From Nemertoderma westbladi (Eukaryota; Animalia; Xenacoelomorpha), in the NCBI GenBank assembly GCA_032718475.1, contig JAUCBJ010001088.1, positions 85,581 through 149,580 on the forward strand: 64,000 nt of DNA, read 5' to 3'. The notes under the pieces were generated by a model, which saw only the letters and a program-made list of their open reading frames with translations, was not told the origin of the DNA and did not search any database. A program made the translations under genes and the position numbers. Position 1 is the stretch's first letter, and every line of letters begins with the position of its first letter. Below, in pieces: positions 1-13,120 of the stretch.

Positions 1-890
1 AGTATTACGTTGCAACGAGTTAGGGCGAGACCTATCTAACGAGCTATAGTAAGCGAGATTTCATCGAGATTAGATGTATAATATTAGATAAAATAATAAT
101 ACAGTAAGTATAGGCCTACAGAAATAATTATTTTACTTTTAATATGTAAGCGAGATTTCATCGAGATTAGATGTATAATATTAGATAAAATAATAATACA
201 GTAAGTACATGCGTAGAGAAATAATTATTTTACTTTTAATATTCATAACAGTAAAACAAAAATGTTATAAACCTCTCCTTCCATGCAGCCAATGATTGAG
301 AAAGCAGAATTACTCTGAGCAATTCGCAATAGACAACCCAAACCCACCCCAATCAACACTCCAGCCTGCTTGCTCCTTATCTGTGCCCAGCCAGCTAGCT
401 GCGAGTTCAATAATTACCTTAACGTTGCTATGATACAGAAAACAATCCTTCCCTATTCAATAGCAATAGGCCAATTCGATCGTGCTTGGCGAATATGACA
501 TATTTATACACTATTTGATTTTTAATCAATAAATAATCATACATATTTATATTAAACACTCGAATAAAATAAAAACTTTGTGAGAATGGGACACGGCGAA
601 TCTACCCATGTTAATTTTATACCAGGTGGGATAAATGTTAGCCCTCTAAATCATTAATTACCGATAGAAGAACCGAAATAATTCGATAAATTTCGCCCGA
701 AAATCACGAAAATCGCCCTCTCGCGGCAGACGGGTGAACTTCAGACGACTCTGAGTATTACGTTGCAACGAGTTAGAGCGAGACCTTTCTAACGAGCTAT
801 AGCAAGCGAGATTTCATCGAGATGGGTTCGATTGTATAGCTGATGACAAACAGACAGACAGACAGACAATGCATATTTATATATATTAGA
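1..890 (-). mobile_element. Non-autonomous Helitron-like element, family A (cut by window start)
   Basis: Minus strand starts TCTAATATATATAAAT followed by (CTGT)n; near-identical to 4290-5075 apart from a ~97-bp internal duplication (about 49-240). Confidence 0.75.
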
Positions 891-2876
891 CTAGAAAGCC
901 AGAGGCCCTTCGGGCCACGGCTTTCTAGTTCACAAGCCTATTCACCATTCCAAACATGAATTAATTAATTAACTTAACAAAACTTCATATGATTGAGAAT
1001 GTTCTCTCAAAGAAAAGACTGATGCTGTTTTACTTTTTCAGATATCTGCACTGGTCAACATCCTTCACATAGATGCAGCCTTATGATGTAGTACAGTAGA
1101 CCTCTGACAATTATAAGCGTAAAAGCATTTTTAATAAATAAATGTGAGAATGTTTTTACTTTTCAGATTCAGATATTTCGCACCCTAGCAGTAGACTGGA
1201 AATCCGGAGACTGGTTAGCGTCCTCCCCATACAAACAGCCTATGGTCAAGCATACCTTTCCCAAGTATAAGCAAAAAAGCATTAGAAACAACGAAATGGG
1301 AGAAGGATTTCACTTGAGACATTTCACCCTCTAGCGGCAGACTGAGAAATTGCAGATTGGTCAGAGTTTTCCACAAACACGCAGTCTATGGTGTAGTAGA
1401 CCTCTGACAATTATCAGCCTAAAAGCATTAGAAACAACGAAACGGGATAAGGTTTTCACTTTCAGACATTTCGGCCCCTAGCGGCCGAATGGAGAACTGC
1501 AGTTTGTTCGGCGTCTTACCTAGACACACACCCTATGGTGTATTACACATCTGGCAAGTGTCAGCCTGAAAGCATATTAATAACGAAATGGGATAAGGTT
1601 TTCACTTTCAGACATTTGGCCCCCTAGCGGTAGACTGGATAAATGCAGACTGGTTCTAACTCCTCCCCAAACACACAGTCTATGGTGTAGTAGACCTCTG
1701 TCGAGTATCAGCAAAAAAGCATTATAAACAATGAAATGCATAAATGTTTTCACTTTCAGACATTGCGCCCCCTAGCGGCAGACAGAGCTATTGCAAATTG
1801 GTCTTAGTTCTCCACAAACACGCAGTCTTTGATGTAGTAGACCTCTGACAAGTATCAGCCTAAAAACATTAGAAACAACGAAACGGGATAAGGTTTTCAC
1901 GTTCAGACATTTCGCCCCCTAGCGGCCAAATGGAGAACTGTAGTTTGTTCGGCGTCTTACCTAGACAGTAGACACACACCCTATGGTGTAATACAAATCT
2001 GCCAAGTGTCAGCCTAAAAGCATTATTAATAACGAAATGGGATACGGTTTTCACTTTCAGACATTTGGCCCCCTAGCGGTAGACTGGAGAAATGCAGACT
2101 GGTTCTAGCTCTTCCCCAAACACGCAGTCTTGGTGTAGTAGACCTCTGCCAAGTATCAGCAAAAAAGCAGTATAAACAACGAAATGGGTGAAGGTTTTCA
2201 CTTTCAGACATTGCGCCCCCTACCGGCAGACAGGTGAATTTCAGATTATTCAGAGTTCTCTACAAACACGCAGTCTATGGTGTAGTCGACTTCTGCCAAG
2301 TATCAGCAAAAAAGCATTATAAACAACGAAATGGGATAAGGTTTTCACTTTCAGATATTGCTCCCCCTAGCGGCAGACTGGGGAATTGCAGATTGGTCAG
2401 CATCCTCCGAAAACACACAGCCTATGGTGTAGTAGACCTCTGCCACGTATCAGCTAAAAGGCATTAATAATAACGAAATGGGAGAAGGTTTTCAGTTTCT
2501 GACATTTCGCCCCCTAGCGGCAGACTGGAGAACTGCAGATTGATCAGTGTCTTCCCAAACACACAGTCTATGGTCAGGAACGTATCTGCAAAGTATCATT
2601 TAGAACAGATTGAGTCTGATGGTGCAACCGCTGTTATAGAGTTTCCTACAGAATGAACTGCTAGGCCTACTGCGCTACCGGTACCAAATTCACGAAATCT
2701 GCATTCATGCAAACAAACGCGTAAAATAAGACTCGAGATAGCGACAGTGCACGTGCTCGTGACGAGAGCTTTCGTTCGATGTATCGCGAGCTCAGATTGG
2801 TGCTTGTGTGTAGAAACGTATAGCTTGGACAGACAAACAAACAGACAGACAGACACATGATATTTATATATATAGA
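891..2876 (-). mobile_element. Non-autonomous Helitron-like element, family B
   Basis: Minus-strand 5' end TCTATATATATAAAT plus (CTGT)n at 2876; 3' end CTAG inside hairpin ctagaaagcc..ggccc-ttc-gggcc..ggctttctag (891-928); internal 147-bp tandem units. Confidence 0.75.
1030..2600. repeat. 147-bp tandem repeat, about 10 diverged units
   Basis: ctagcgg core at 1331, 1478, 1624, 1772, 1919, 2073, 2220 (ctac), 2367, 2514. Confidence 0.9.
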
Positions 2877-5075
2877 CTAGAAAGCCTGTGGCCCTTCGGG
2901 CCACAGCTTTCTAGTGCACGTGCAGATGATATATGAATATGTGTGGGAGATTTGAGAACTGCATACGGAACAGACACCATCATTAAATAAAACACCACCC
3001 CCATAAGAGATAACTGTCAAGTTTCAACTTTAGGCAGATTGTAAATAACAAAATTTCCAGAAAATGATCACTTTCAGATCCACCCTCTACCTGCGGACTG
3101 GTGAAATGCAGACGGCGCTACAGTTTGGTAAAGATGGGGTTTATGGTGAAGTAAAATGCCTGCCTTTCAAGTTTCAGCTTAAACAGATTGTAAATAACAA
3201 AATTGGTGTAGATGTTCATATTCAAACATTTCACCCTCTAGCGGTAGACTGAAGAACTGTAGACGACTCTAGGACTCCGTAAAGATACAGAATATGCTGT
3301 AGTAGATTCCTGCCAAGTTCCAGCTCAATAGGATTAAAAAGAACCAAATGGGATGAGGTGTTCACTATCAGATATTTCGCCCTCTAGCGTCAAATGGGGG
3401 GACTGTATACAACTCTGCGAATCCGTAAAGGTACAGCCTATGTTGTAGTAGATGCCTACCAAGTTTCAGTCTAAACCGTTAGTAAATAACAAAGTTGGAG
3501 AAGATGTTAACTTTCAGACATTTCACCCTCTAGCGGTAGACTGGGGAAGTGTATAGGACTCTGCAACTCCGTAAAGATACAGCCTATGATGTAGTAGATA
3601 CCTGCCAAGTTTCAGCTCAAAATGATTAAAAAGAACCAAATGGGATGAGGTTTTCACTATCAGACAATTCGCCCTCTTGCGGCTGACTGTGGAACTGTAG
3701 ACGACTCTACTACTCCGCAAAGATATAGCCTATGCTATAGTAGATGCCTACCAAGTTTCAGTCTAAAAGGTTTGTAAATAACAAAGTTGGAGAAGATGTT
3801 AACTTTCATACATTTCGCCCTCTAGCGGCAGACGCGGGTACTGTAGACAACTCTGCGCGACTCAGTAAAGATATAGCCTATGCTGTAGTAGATGCCTACC
3901 AAGTTCAGTCTAAATGGATTATAAATAACAAAGTTGGAGAAGATGTTAACTTGCAGACATTTCGCCCTCTAGCGGTAGACTGGGAAATTGTAGACGACTC
4001 TGCGACTCAGTAAAGATTCAGCCTATGCTGTAGTAGATGCCTACCAAGTTTCAGTCAAAACGGATTGTAAATAATAAAGTTGGAGAAGATGTTAACTCTC
4101 AGACATTTAGCCCTCTAACGGTAGACTGGGGAACTGTAGACAACCCAGTGACTCCGGAAATATACAGCCTGCAGTATATAGCTACCACGTTTCATCTCAA
4201 AAGCATTAAAAATAACCCTATAAGATCAGGTTTTCACTATCGGATAATTCGCCCTCTAGCGGCAGACGGTGGAACTTCAGACGGCTCTGAGTATTACGTT
4301 GCAACGAGTTAGGGCGAGACCTATCTAACGAGCTATAGTAAGCGAGATTTCATCGAGATTAGATGTATAATATTAGATAAAATAATAATACAGTAAGTAT
4401 AGGCCTACAGAAATAATTATTTTACTTTTAATATTCATAACAGTAAAACAAAAATGTTATAAACCTCTCCTTCCATGCAGCCAATGATTGAGAAAGCAGA
4501 ATTACTCTGAGCAATTCACAACAGACAACCCAAACCCACCCCAATCAACACTCCAGCCTGCTTGCTCCTTTATCTGTGCCCAGCCAGCTAGCTGCGATTT
4601 CAATAATTACCTTAACGTTGCTATGATACAGAAAACAATCCCTCCCTATTCAATAACTATAGGCCAATTCGATCCTGCTTGGCGAATATGACATATTTAT
4701 ACACTATTTGATTTTTAATCAATAAATAATCATACATATTTATATTAAACACTCAAATAAAATAAAAACTTTGTGAGAATGGGACACGGCGAATCTACCC
4801 ATGTTAATTTTAAACCAGGTGGGATAAATGTTAGCCCTCTAAATCATTAATTACCGATAGAAGAACCGAAATAATTCGATAAATTTCGCCCGAAAATCAC
4901 GAAAATCGCCCTCTAGCGGCAGACGGGCGAACTTCAGACGGCTCTGAGTATTACGTTGCAACGAGTTAGGGCGAGACCTTTCTAACGAGATATAGCAAGC
5001 GAGATTTCATCGAGATGGGTTCGATTGTATAGCCGATGACAAACACACAGACAATCGATATTTATATATATTAGA
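2877..5075 (-). mobile_element. Non-autonomous Helitron-like element, family A, full length
   Basis: 3' CTAG hairpin at 2877-2914; 5' TC at 5075 preceded by A on the minus strand, matching the Helitron A^T target; internal 146-bp tandem units. Confidence 0.75.
3015..4290. repeat. 146-bp tandem repeat, about 8-9 diverged units
   Basis: ctctagcgg core with ctag position at 3238, 3384, 3530, 3676, 3822, 3969, 4115, 4256. Confidence 0.9.
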
Positions 5076-5239
5076 TAGATACGGCGCAGAATAGGCAGCC
5101 AATGAAGATCACGCAACACTGGTGTACAGTAATGTGCTCTGTTTTACCGAAACGTAACTTTATTGCCGAATTACTACTCTTGCCGAACGTGATAGTTGCC
5201 GAAACGCGATGTAACTACTGCACTGCGACGTACCTGTAT

Positions 5240-5505
5240 GTAAGTGGTCGCCAGGCACCCGCAGTCTGTCTGTAATAACTGGTCGCCAGGCGTTAGCAGT
5301 TGCCTGCGTATCTGGTAGCCAGGCGCTACCAGTCTGCCTAACTGGTATCCAGACGCCCGCAGTCTGTCTGTAACTGGTAGCACAGCGCCAGCAGTCTGTC
5401 TGTATCTGGTAGGCAGGCGCTAGCAGTCTGCCCGTATCTGGTATTCAGATGCCAGCAGTCTGTCTGTAACTGGTAGCCAGGCGGCAGCAGTCTTTCTGTT
5501 ACAGT
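5240..5505. repeat. Minisatellite, about 30-bp unit (ctggtagccaggcg..gcagtctgtctgtaa)
   Basis: About 8 imperfect direct copies visible. Confidence 0.8.
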
Positions 5506-5665
5506 TAATCATAAGAATGTAATTTAAAGTGATAACTAACACACAGCGGTATCTATACTAAGGTAGTTACTAATAATTGTTCTATAAAGGTCTTAATACT
5601 TGCCGCCTTTGATTGCCTTTATGAGACTTTATTCATTGCATAAGTAATTGAGTTTGTCAAAAGTG

Positions 5666-5672
5666 TATAAAT
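5666..5672 (+). promoter_or_regulatory. Candidate TATA box of the fibrinogen-domain gene
   Basis: TATAAAT about 90 bp upstream of the ATG at 5758. Confidence 0.5.
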
Positions 5673-5757
5673 AGGAGGAGTTTTAGGCATTAAAACCATT
5701 CTATATCAGAAAATTTTCATAACTTTAGTTACAAAGTTATTTACAAATACTGTAAAA

Positions 5758-5814
5758 ATGTTACCGGTAAATATTAAACTATTTTCTCTGCTGTCAGCTC
5801 TTTTCCTACTCCAG
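5758..5814 (+). CDS. Fibrinogen-related protein, exon 1 (signal peptide)
   Basis: aaaATG start, MLPVNIKLFSLLSALFLLQ hydrophobic leader, ends CAG|GTAAGT in phase 0, compatible with the downstream phase-0 exons. Linkage across 7.9 kb is inferred. Confidence 0.65.
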
Positions 5815-6561
5815 GTAAGTTTATTTAATGCATAAAGTATTCATTTAGCGTTGTTATCTGAATTATTCATTTAATGATTTGCTCACGTGAATAAAGAAAC
5901 CCTTTCACCACCATTTGGCGTCACCTTGTCCATAACAGGTCTCCCCGTGTCGCGTTGGATATCCGTCTGTCCACGTCTGTTTCCCTGGCCACGTCTTATT
6001 CCCATGGCCACATTCTGACATTTGTTGTCCCATTGTCCCCACACCAATTGTACCCCAACTCGTATCAGTTTTCTTGTACTATTGCAGTATTGTAATATGT
6101 GGTGGATTTTCCAACATTTTCTATCGCAATAATTTTTATTGTCCGTTTAAATCATTCATGATGTCCTTTTTTTTTACATTTTATGTCCTCCAGAAATTTA
6201 CCGTTAGGTTCCATGCTACCGGTTTCTCTACTGCTGTTCTCTCAGGCTATCAGTACCGGTATTAGTATATAGAGCATTATTTTGCAGTATTATTTTTACA
6301 GTAGTATTGTATGTACAGATGTAGGTATAAAGCAGGTATTTTAGGTATTTTAATACCGGTACCGGCACCGGTACTGCTGTAGGCCTACTGTGTGTGTAGC
6401 CTTACCATTTAAATACGGTAATGGTAGGCCTACTGGCTGACCGGTTGTGCTACAGTGCTAATACTGTAATAAATTTTAAATAATTGATAGGCCAAACTGG
6501 ATTGTGGAAAATGTGGATATACCTTTCACATAATTTATCAGTTTTATAATGGATCATGACT

Positions 6562-9025
6562 CCCTGCAAACAATGTATTGTTAAAAAGCTGTTACTAAAA
6601 TGTTATTTAATGACATAGATAACATTATTTCAAATTGTTAGATTAATGATAAAAAAACTGTAAATTGGCCAAGAAATATGACGTTATATACTAACGTTAT
6701 TATTTCGTTTTTAATAACATAAAAATAACAAAGCCAGGATGGTTACATATATCATTACTTTTATGTTATTCCTTATCATTATTATTGTATTTTTATTGAC
6801 ATTAAAATAACAACGGCATAATGTTTATTTAGATCGTTACTGTTATGTTATTTCTTAACATAAAAATATTGTTTGCTAAAAACGTAACATTAAATTTACG
6901 TGCAATTAAGCCCTTCTCTCATGTTTTATGGTTCGCTTGCTCTCAAACTAATAATCCCCCTCCATTGCCGTTCTTTATTATCGTTCTTTGTAATTGCCAA
7001 ACCCTTTATTGAATAATTAATTAATAATTTCCCTACGCATGTTGATATGGTAGTGGCAGGCTACAATCTCTAACACAGTTTGATTGAATACAATTTTGTT
7101 GTAGGCAATTGTATGCAAATTAATAACAATTAAAACGTATAACATGAATTGAATTTTTTGTATAATGACCAGTCAGGAACAAATAATGAAATAAACAGTA
7201 AAATCAAAGTAAAATATCACAGAATAAGTAAACAACAAATATATGGCTGTATGGCCCATTATGTAAATGGTTTTGATATTTCGGTTAAAGTTAATCACAG
7301 ACTTAAAAAGAATATGTTTATGACGTAATAATAAGTGATAACAACGTAATGAATTGCATCAATTAAAATACTTTGAGTTAATATTATTCACTAGATTTAT
7401 AGATCTGATTTGTAGTCTATATAAAATAATGTAGATAGATAGATATGTTTATTGACAATTTACATATGCGGTACAAATAATATCAAATATAATACTGCAC
7501 AAAACCTTTACGATAATTAGTTATTGACACAGTTATATAAATTGTCCAGTAGATTTTTGAAACTGTCTATTTTGTCTTGAGAACTTTAGCGAATACTAAA
7601 ATTATTTCAACGTAATTTAACACAAAAATAACAAACAAACCGACATAATAAACCGGAATATCTAGTGAATGGTAATAACCTACGCTTAATATACAGACAT
7701 TACTGACTCTATATACCTACACATTTGTTCAATATTATCCATATTACCATTGAAAAAGATACATATACATATACATGTACATATAGTGGGTTTAATAAAT
7801 AATACCTCACAACAATGTTAAATTTATTAAAAGGAGCAGGTTACAGTTGGCTACAGAGGCACATATACAGATTTTACAGATTTATTTCTGGGAGAGTAAT
7901 CAGTACTTATTTGAATCGATATCTCCCTGGAGAGGGATGATTTTGATTGCATCGCAAATCCTCCCTATCTGAACAAATCATATTTAAAAAATTAAATGTT
8001 AATTATAATTATAGCTGAGTGAGCTTCATTTATTAAACTGTAAAAATAAATCAATAGGCCTAGGCCCTACAAAAGTACAATCTAAAAACTGAAACAATAA
8101 ATAGTTTGAAATAACAGTTAATGTGAAGTTTTCAAAGTGTTGTAGTAATGCTGTCCCTGTGCCCTGCCCCTTCAACTGAAAACTGGGACCTCCCAATAAT
8201 AAGAATTCCAATCTTTAGTCCTCGGCTGTTGAAATCCACCATCAGTACAGACAAATAAGTCAATCCTCCACCTGTCAGTGCTGGTTTAAGGGGACTTCCT
8301 GGTCCTGGCAGACTTGAATTCTGTAATTGGTAGGTCTAATGCAGTAATGTGTGAATCCAGAGGGTAAAGGCGAACTCGCATTCAGGTAGATATGTTTTAT
8401 TTATGAGTTCAGGTTAAATAAATCACAAAACCAAGACTATAAAACCAAAAATATAAGCTACTGTACAGTGCAGTAGGCCTGCAGTAACTACACTACATCA
8501 CTACAGTAATATAGAGATAGGCCTTGCAGTACAGCAGTATAACAATACATATACACAATAAACATTGAATACAGGCATGCCAGAATGAGTATTGTACAAC
8601 ATGCCATACTGTATACTATTTTACATGTGGAAAATTCCTCCATTACCGCCAATTTTAAAATTAGCCAATCATCAATCTCAGATTAGATAATAGAAGTGAC
8701 AGCAGCGTCTATCGCATAATGTTTATTTTATGTGACAAAATAACATTGTTCTGATATGTAACAAACCATGTTCTTAAAATGTTAGAACTAAACACTTATA
8801 AAACATTTTTGACTAATGTTTATGTTCTCACATTAAAATTACGTTTTTCTAACATCAACAGTTATCATTTATTTAATGTCTGACAAAGACATTATAGAGT
8901 AATGTTAAAATAATATATATTGAACATCTAAATATTCTATCAAACAAGGGAATGACATTTATCAACATTTATAACAAATTAATGATGTTTTTCTGACATT
9001 CCTCGAAAGAAAATTGTTTGCAGGG
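6562..9025. mobile_element. Non-autonomous TIR element, CMC/EnSpm-like
   Basis: 13-bp TIR ccctgcaaacaat / attgtttgcaggg with many subterminal aacatt/aatgtt motifs; no clear TSD. Confidence 0.55.
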
Positions 9026-9153
9026 TACTGTCTGTGTAGTGTTACGGATAGCGGCACCACTACTTCGAACAGCACAGATCAGTTCATTAACTCATACGTA
9101 CTCGAAAAAACTACTTATACATGTTATACCCCGACCGTTTGATAACATTACCG

Positions 9154-9830
9154 TTGGTTAGAAAATCCCGCCTCTGTAACCTGCTCCTTTCCCTCAATTA
9201 GTTAAGTGATCGTTTATTGTTTTGGTTAGAAAATCCCGCCTCTGTAACCTGCTCCTTTCCCTCAATTATTAAGTGATCGTTTATTGTTTTGGTTAGAAAA
9301 TCCCGCCTCTTTAACCTGCTCCTTTCCCTCAATTATTTAAGTGATCGTTTATTGTTTTGGTTAGAAAATCCCGCCTCTGTAACCTGCTCCTTTCCCTCAA
9401 TTAGTTAAGTGATTGTTTATTGTTTTGGTTAGAAAATCCCGCCTCTATAACCTGCTCCTTTCCCTCAATTAGTTAAGTGATTGTTTATTGTTTTGGTTAG
9501 GAAATCCCGCCTCTGTAACCTGCTCCTTTCTCTTAATTGGTAATGTTATCGTTTATTGTTTTGGTTAGAAAAGACCATCTATGTAACCTGCCCCTTTCCT
9601 TCATTTGGTAAATTGATTGTTTATTGTTTTGGTTAGAAAATCCCGCCTCTGTAACCTGCTCCTTTCCCTAATTTGGTAAAGTGACTGTTTATTGTTTTGG
9701 TTAGAAAGGCTAGCCTCTGTAACCTGCTCGTTTCCTTCATTTGGTAAAGTGACTGTTTATTGTTTTAGTTAGAAAATCCGGCCTTAACCTGCTCCTTTCC
9801 ATCAATTGGTAATTGTTTTTGGCTATAAAA
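9154..9830. repeat. 67-68-bp tandem repeat, about 10 units
   Basis: ttggttagaaaatcccgcctctgtaacctgctcctttccc.. at 9154, 9222, 9289 and onward, decaying to the right. Confidence 0.92.
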
Positions 9831-10108
9831 TGAGTGTTTTGCTACGTCATGTGGTAATCGATTATCGACAACAACCACAAACTATTAAATTTAGAGTCTT
9901 TTACCACAGGCGCATATGGAAATCTATCTCGTAGTCTATAAATCATGAAATTTTGAATGTTTTGGCACAGGCATACAGTAGTGAAACTAACTGTCCGACA
10001 GAGCAGAAATCAACAAATTTTGAATGTTTTGGCACAGGCATGTTGAAATCAATTGTCTGACAGTCCAGAAATCATCAGTCTGACAGTTTGAAGAAATACA
10101 TTTATTAA

Positions 10109-10292
10109 CCCTTTGACGCCTGAAGCTGCAATTGAAACTGCATGCTAGGGCTCTGAAAAAATTGCAAATTTTAAAGGAGACAATATCCATGTAAAACAAC
10201 ATATATAGTATTACATATTTAAGTATACAACATATATTTATATATAAATATATTATATACATAAAATAATATATATATATATATATTATATA

Positions 10293-10330
<38 letters not shown>

Positions 10331-12838
10331 TTTTTATATAATATAAAATACAAATAAATAAAAAATATATTCAAAAAAAATTAAAAATATTAAAATAATA
10401 TATATATATATTATATATATATATTTATATATATTTTTTACTATTTTTAATTTTTTTTAATATATTTATTTTTTATTTTTTTTTTATTTTAACTTTTTCT
10501 TCTAAATTTTTAATATTTTTATTTCTATACAATGCATAAAAGATAGTAACCTAATTCGAAAAATAGTGGGTTTGGGTTACCTGACTAACAGATATTTATA
10601 TTATTATAATGTAGATTCTACAATTGAAATATAATAAAAATATTAAAACATTTCAAAATGGGGGAATGTATGTCAGTTAGAAGTTAGAAAAGTCTTCAGC
10701 TAGGAATAGTGAACTTATTTATTATGAAACAGTTCGAAACATTTGCCCAGGCAAAGTCCCGGTCTCTCTGGGCAGGTAGCGCACTCAAACCTCGAATTTT
10801 TGCGAATATTATTCGACCAGCAGATTCGGCATCTCTTCTGTGGTTTTGTCGATTTCGCAGTTGGGAGAATCTTCACAATGGCGTGAATGTCACTCGGAGG
10901 TTGAGCTTTAGGCAGACATCGCTTCTTATTATTTCTTGATCTATATGATGAAGATACTTGAGTCAAATGCTCAACAACATCTAGAAGAAAGATTGGAAAG
11001 CGCAACCTTGAAGTTTTAGCTGGTCTCTCCTTCTTGTAGAGTAAATAGGCATTTAGGACCAACCTCTCTATGCAATGCAACCCTAATTTCTTGAACCAGG
11101 TGTATGACTTCCTACAAATATCTGCTGACGAGATTAACTGATCCGTGACATCGACGCCTCCCATTCTATAGTTATAGTTGTCTATGGCTATTGGCTTCTT
11201 ATAGGTTATTGCTTCCGTAAGTGTACGGCGGCTCTTCTCAACTTCTCCCGCATGGTCTATCGTTGTGATGAAATATACAATCTTTTTATCACAAAACTTT
11301 ATGGCCAACACAGGCCCTTTGCCGTTGTTATTCCTTGCATATACAGATGAAATCGGCACTATCTGAGCATCCTTCAGAAGTGTGGGTATTCCCCTATTTT
11401 CTCGGACAGTCCCCCTCATTCCTGTATTCCGAGAATTGAGAAAGTTGGCGAGTCGGAGGCTGCAATACCAGTTATCCAGGTTGATATTATAACCAGCATC
11501 CAGGAACTTCACTTTGCTAAGCAGTGCCACTACTACTTTTTCTGACTTCGATAGATTTTCTGAGTTCGGTTCACTAGACTCAATGTCTGATTTCGCACCA
11601 TAATATATAATTGTCGCCACTACGTAACCTGAAGAATCACACAAGATAAACAGTTTTATTCCGAAACGGGCACGTTTTATTCTAATGAACTGTTTGAAGT
11701 GGAGGCGCCCTTTGAATAATAGCAATGACTCATCTAGTGAAAGTTCCTGAGCAGGAATATAGACAGAACAAATTTCATGGAATTCATCCATAAAATCGGT
11801 AAGTCGGGTGGCTTTCTCAGTGGCGACGTAATTATCAGGATTGGAAAAGCGCAGAAACTTTAAAATATTCGTGAATCGGTCACGGGACATAACACTGGCA
11901 AAATAGGGGGTTTCATTAATTGATCGGGTAGACCAATAATCGTGAATCGTAGCCTTTCTTATAACCGACATCAGTATAGTGAGTCCTAAAAAAGCCCGCA
12001 TCTCCAGTAGAGTAACGTCCTTCACTTTTAGTTCCATCGGACCGCTTCCAGTACCAGTACCGGTGCCGGTGCTCGGTGGTAATTCAGCTATTTTCTCCCG
12101 CTGTATGGCGATTCTTCTATTCGTACTATCACACAGTACTTGAATCAAACTATCAGTAACAAACATATCGACATAATCTTTCAAATCAAACTCCGTTGTG
12201 TCGATAGCATTCTGCCACCCAACTTGACGCGAGTTTATGGGGAAAGGCCTATCTAAATTTATAGAATCATTGTTTCCCGTTACAAGATTCCAAGGCGCCG
12301 ATTCAGGTGGGACGTTTCCATAACCAACACCGGTTCCAGTAGGAAGGCCCAAATCTATAGGATCAGTATCGGAAGATTCTGAGTCAGAACAATTATCTGC
12401 AAGTTCATCATCAGTCGATTCGATGTCTGATACTTCATCATCTGACTCGGAAGAACTGTCATCGATATCGAAGCCAAGTCGTTTCAGGGGTTTCGGGTTC
12501 CTTTTTGGATAAGAGCGATTCATAATGTCCCTCTACATTCTACACCTCTCTCTACATAGGCTTTACTGCGACTACACTCTAAATGTAAACGTCGCTACTG
12601 TTCCTACTGCATACTACAATACTGCATAGATAGGCCTACAGACAGTTATTAAAATTATTACACATTTGAATTTCCCGCCAGATGCAAGCGCTGAAGGGCT
12701 CTGTACATCAAATTTATGTTCCTGCTAGGGTTCTGACATCTGATAGGATGCTAATGATATGAGAAACATCATGACCTACCATGTAGGTCATAGAGCCCTA
12801 TTGTGTGACCTACCATGTAGGTCACCGGCGTCAAAGGG
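10109..12838 (-). mobile_element. Full-length piggyBac DNA transposon (2730 bp)
   Basis: TTAA TSD at 10105-10108 and 12839-12842; TIR ccctttgacgcc / ggcgtcaaaggg; intact transposase ORF inside. Confidence 0.96.
10715..12523 (-). CDS. piggyBac (PGBD4-like) transposase, 602 aa
   Basis: Acidic N-terminus; DDD motifs SLDESL, NLDNWY, GGVDVTD; C-terminal Cys-rich domain CRIC..CATC..LC..CF..FH. Confidence 0.96.
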   Translation of the reverse strand: MNRSYPKRNPKPLKRLGFDIDDSSSESDDEVSDIESTDDELADNCSDSESSDTDPIDLGLPTGTGVGYGNVPPESAPWNLVTGNNDSINLDRPFPINSRQVGWQNAIDTTEFDLKDYVDMFVTDSLIQVLCDSTNRRIAIQREKIAELPPSTGTGTGTGSGPMELKVKDVTLLEMRAFLGLTILMSVIRKATIHDYWSTRSINETPYFASVMSRDRFTNILKFLRFSNPDNYVATEKATRLTDFMDEFHEICSVYIPAQELSLDESLLLFKGRLHFKQFIRIKRARFGIKLFILCDSSGYVVATIIYYGAKSDIESSEPNSENLSKSEKVVVALLSKVKFLDAGYNINLDNWYCSLRLANFLNSRNTGMRGTVRENRGIPTLLKDAQIVPISSVYARNNNGKGPVLAIKFCDKKIVYFITTIDHAGEVEKSRRTLTEAITYKKPIAIDNYNYRMGGVDVTDQLISSADICRKSYTWFKKLGLHCIERLVLNAYLLYKKERPAKTSRLRFPIFLLDVVEHLTQVSSSYRSRNNKKRCLPKAQPPSDIHAIVKILPTAKSTKPQKRCRICWSNNIRKNSRFECATCPERPGLCLGKCFELFHNK

Positions 12839-13120
12839 TTAAAAGTCATTAAAAGACAACAAAAGTCATTAAAGGGACAACAAAGGTCATTATGCACAAT
12901 TCGTAATAAAAGGAGGACAAAAAGTCAAATAAAAGGACATAAAAAATCACTGCCATTTTGACAGTGATTTTGATAAGTTTTATAAGTCTTGATTGACAAG
13001 TGGGCCTATGACAGGCCCACTTTTTGGAGTAGCATGTAAAATAATATTAGAGATGATAACACTTAATAACTTAACCAGTATTATTATTTATTTAGTATAT
13101 AAATGTATTATTATTTTATC

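Noticed and set aside
1869-4691. Short ORFs in the Helitron-like elements
   Set aside because: Translations of tandem units, with no Rep or helicase motifs.
9099-13032. Larger TIR element enclosing the 68-bp satellite and the piggyBac
   Set aside because: Only a short A-rich imperfect IR (tactcgaaaaaa / ttttttggagta) and no TSD; too weak to call.
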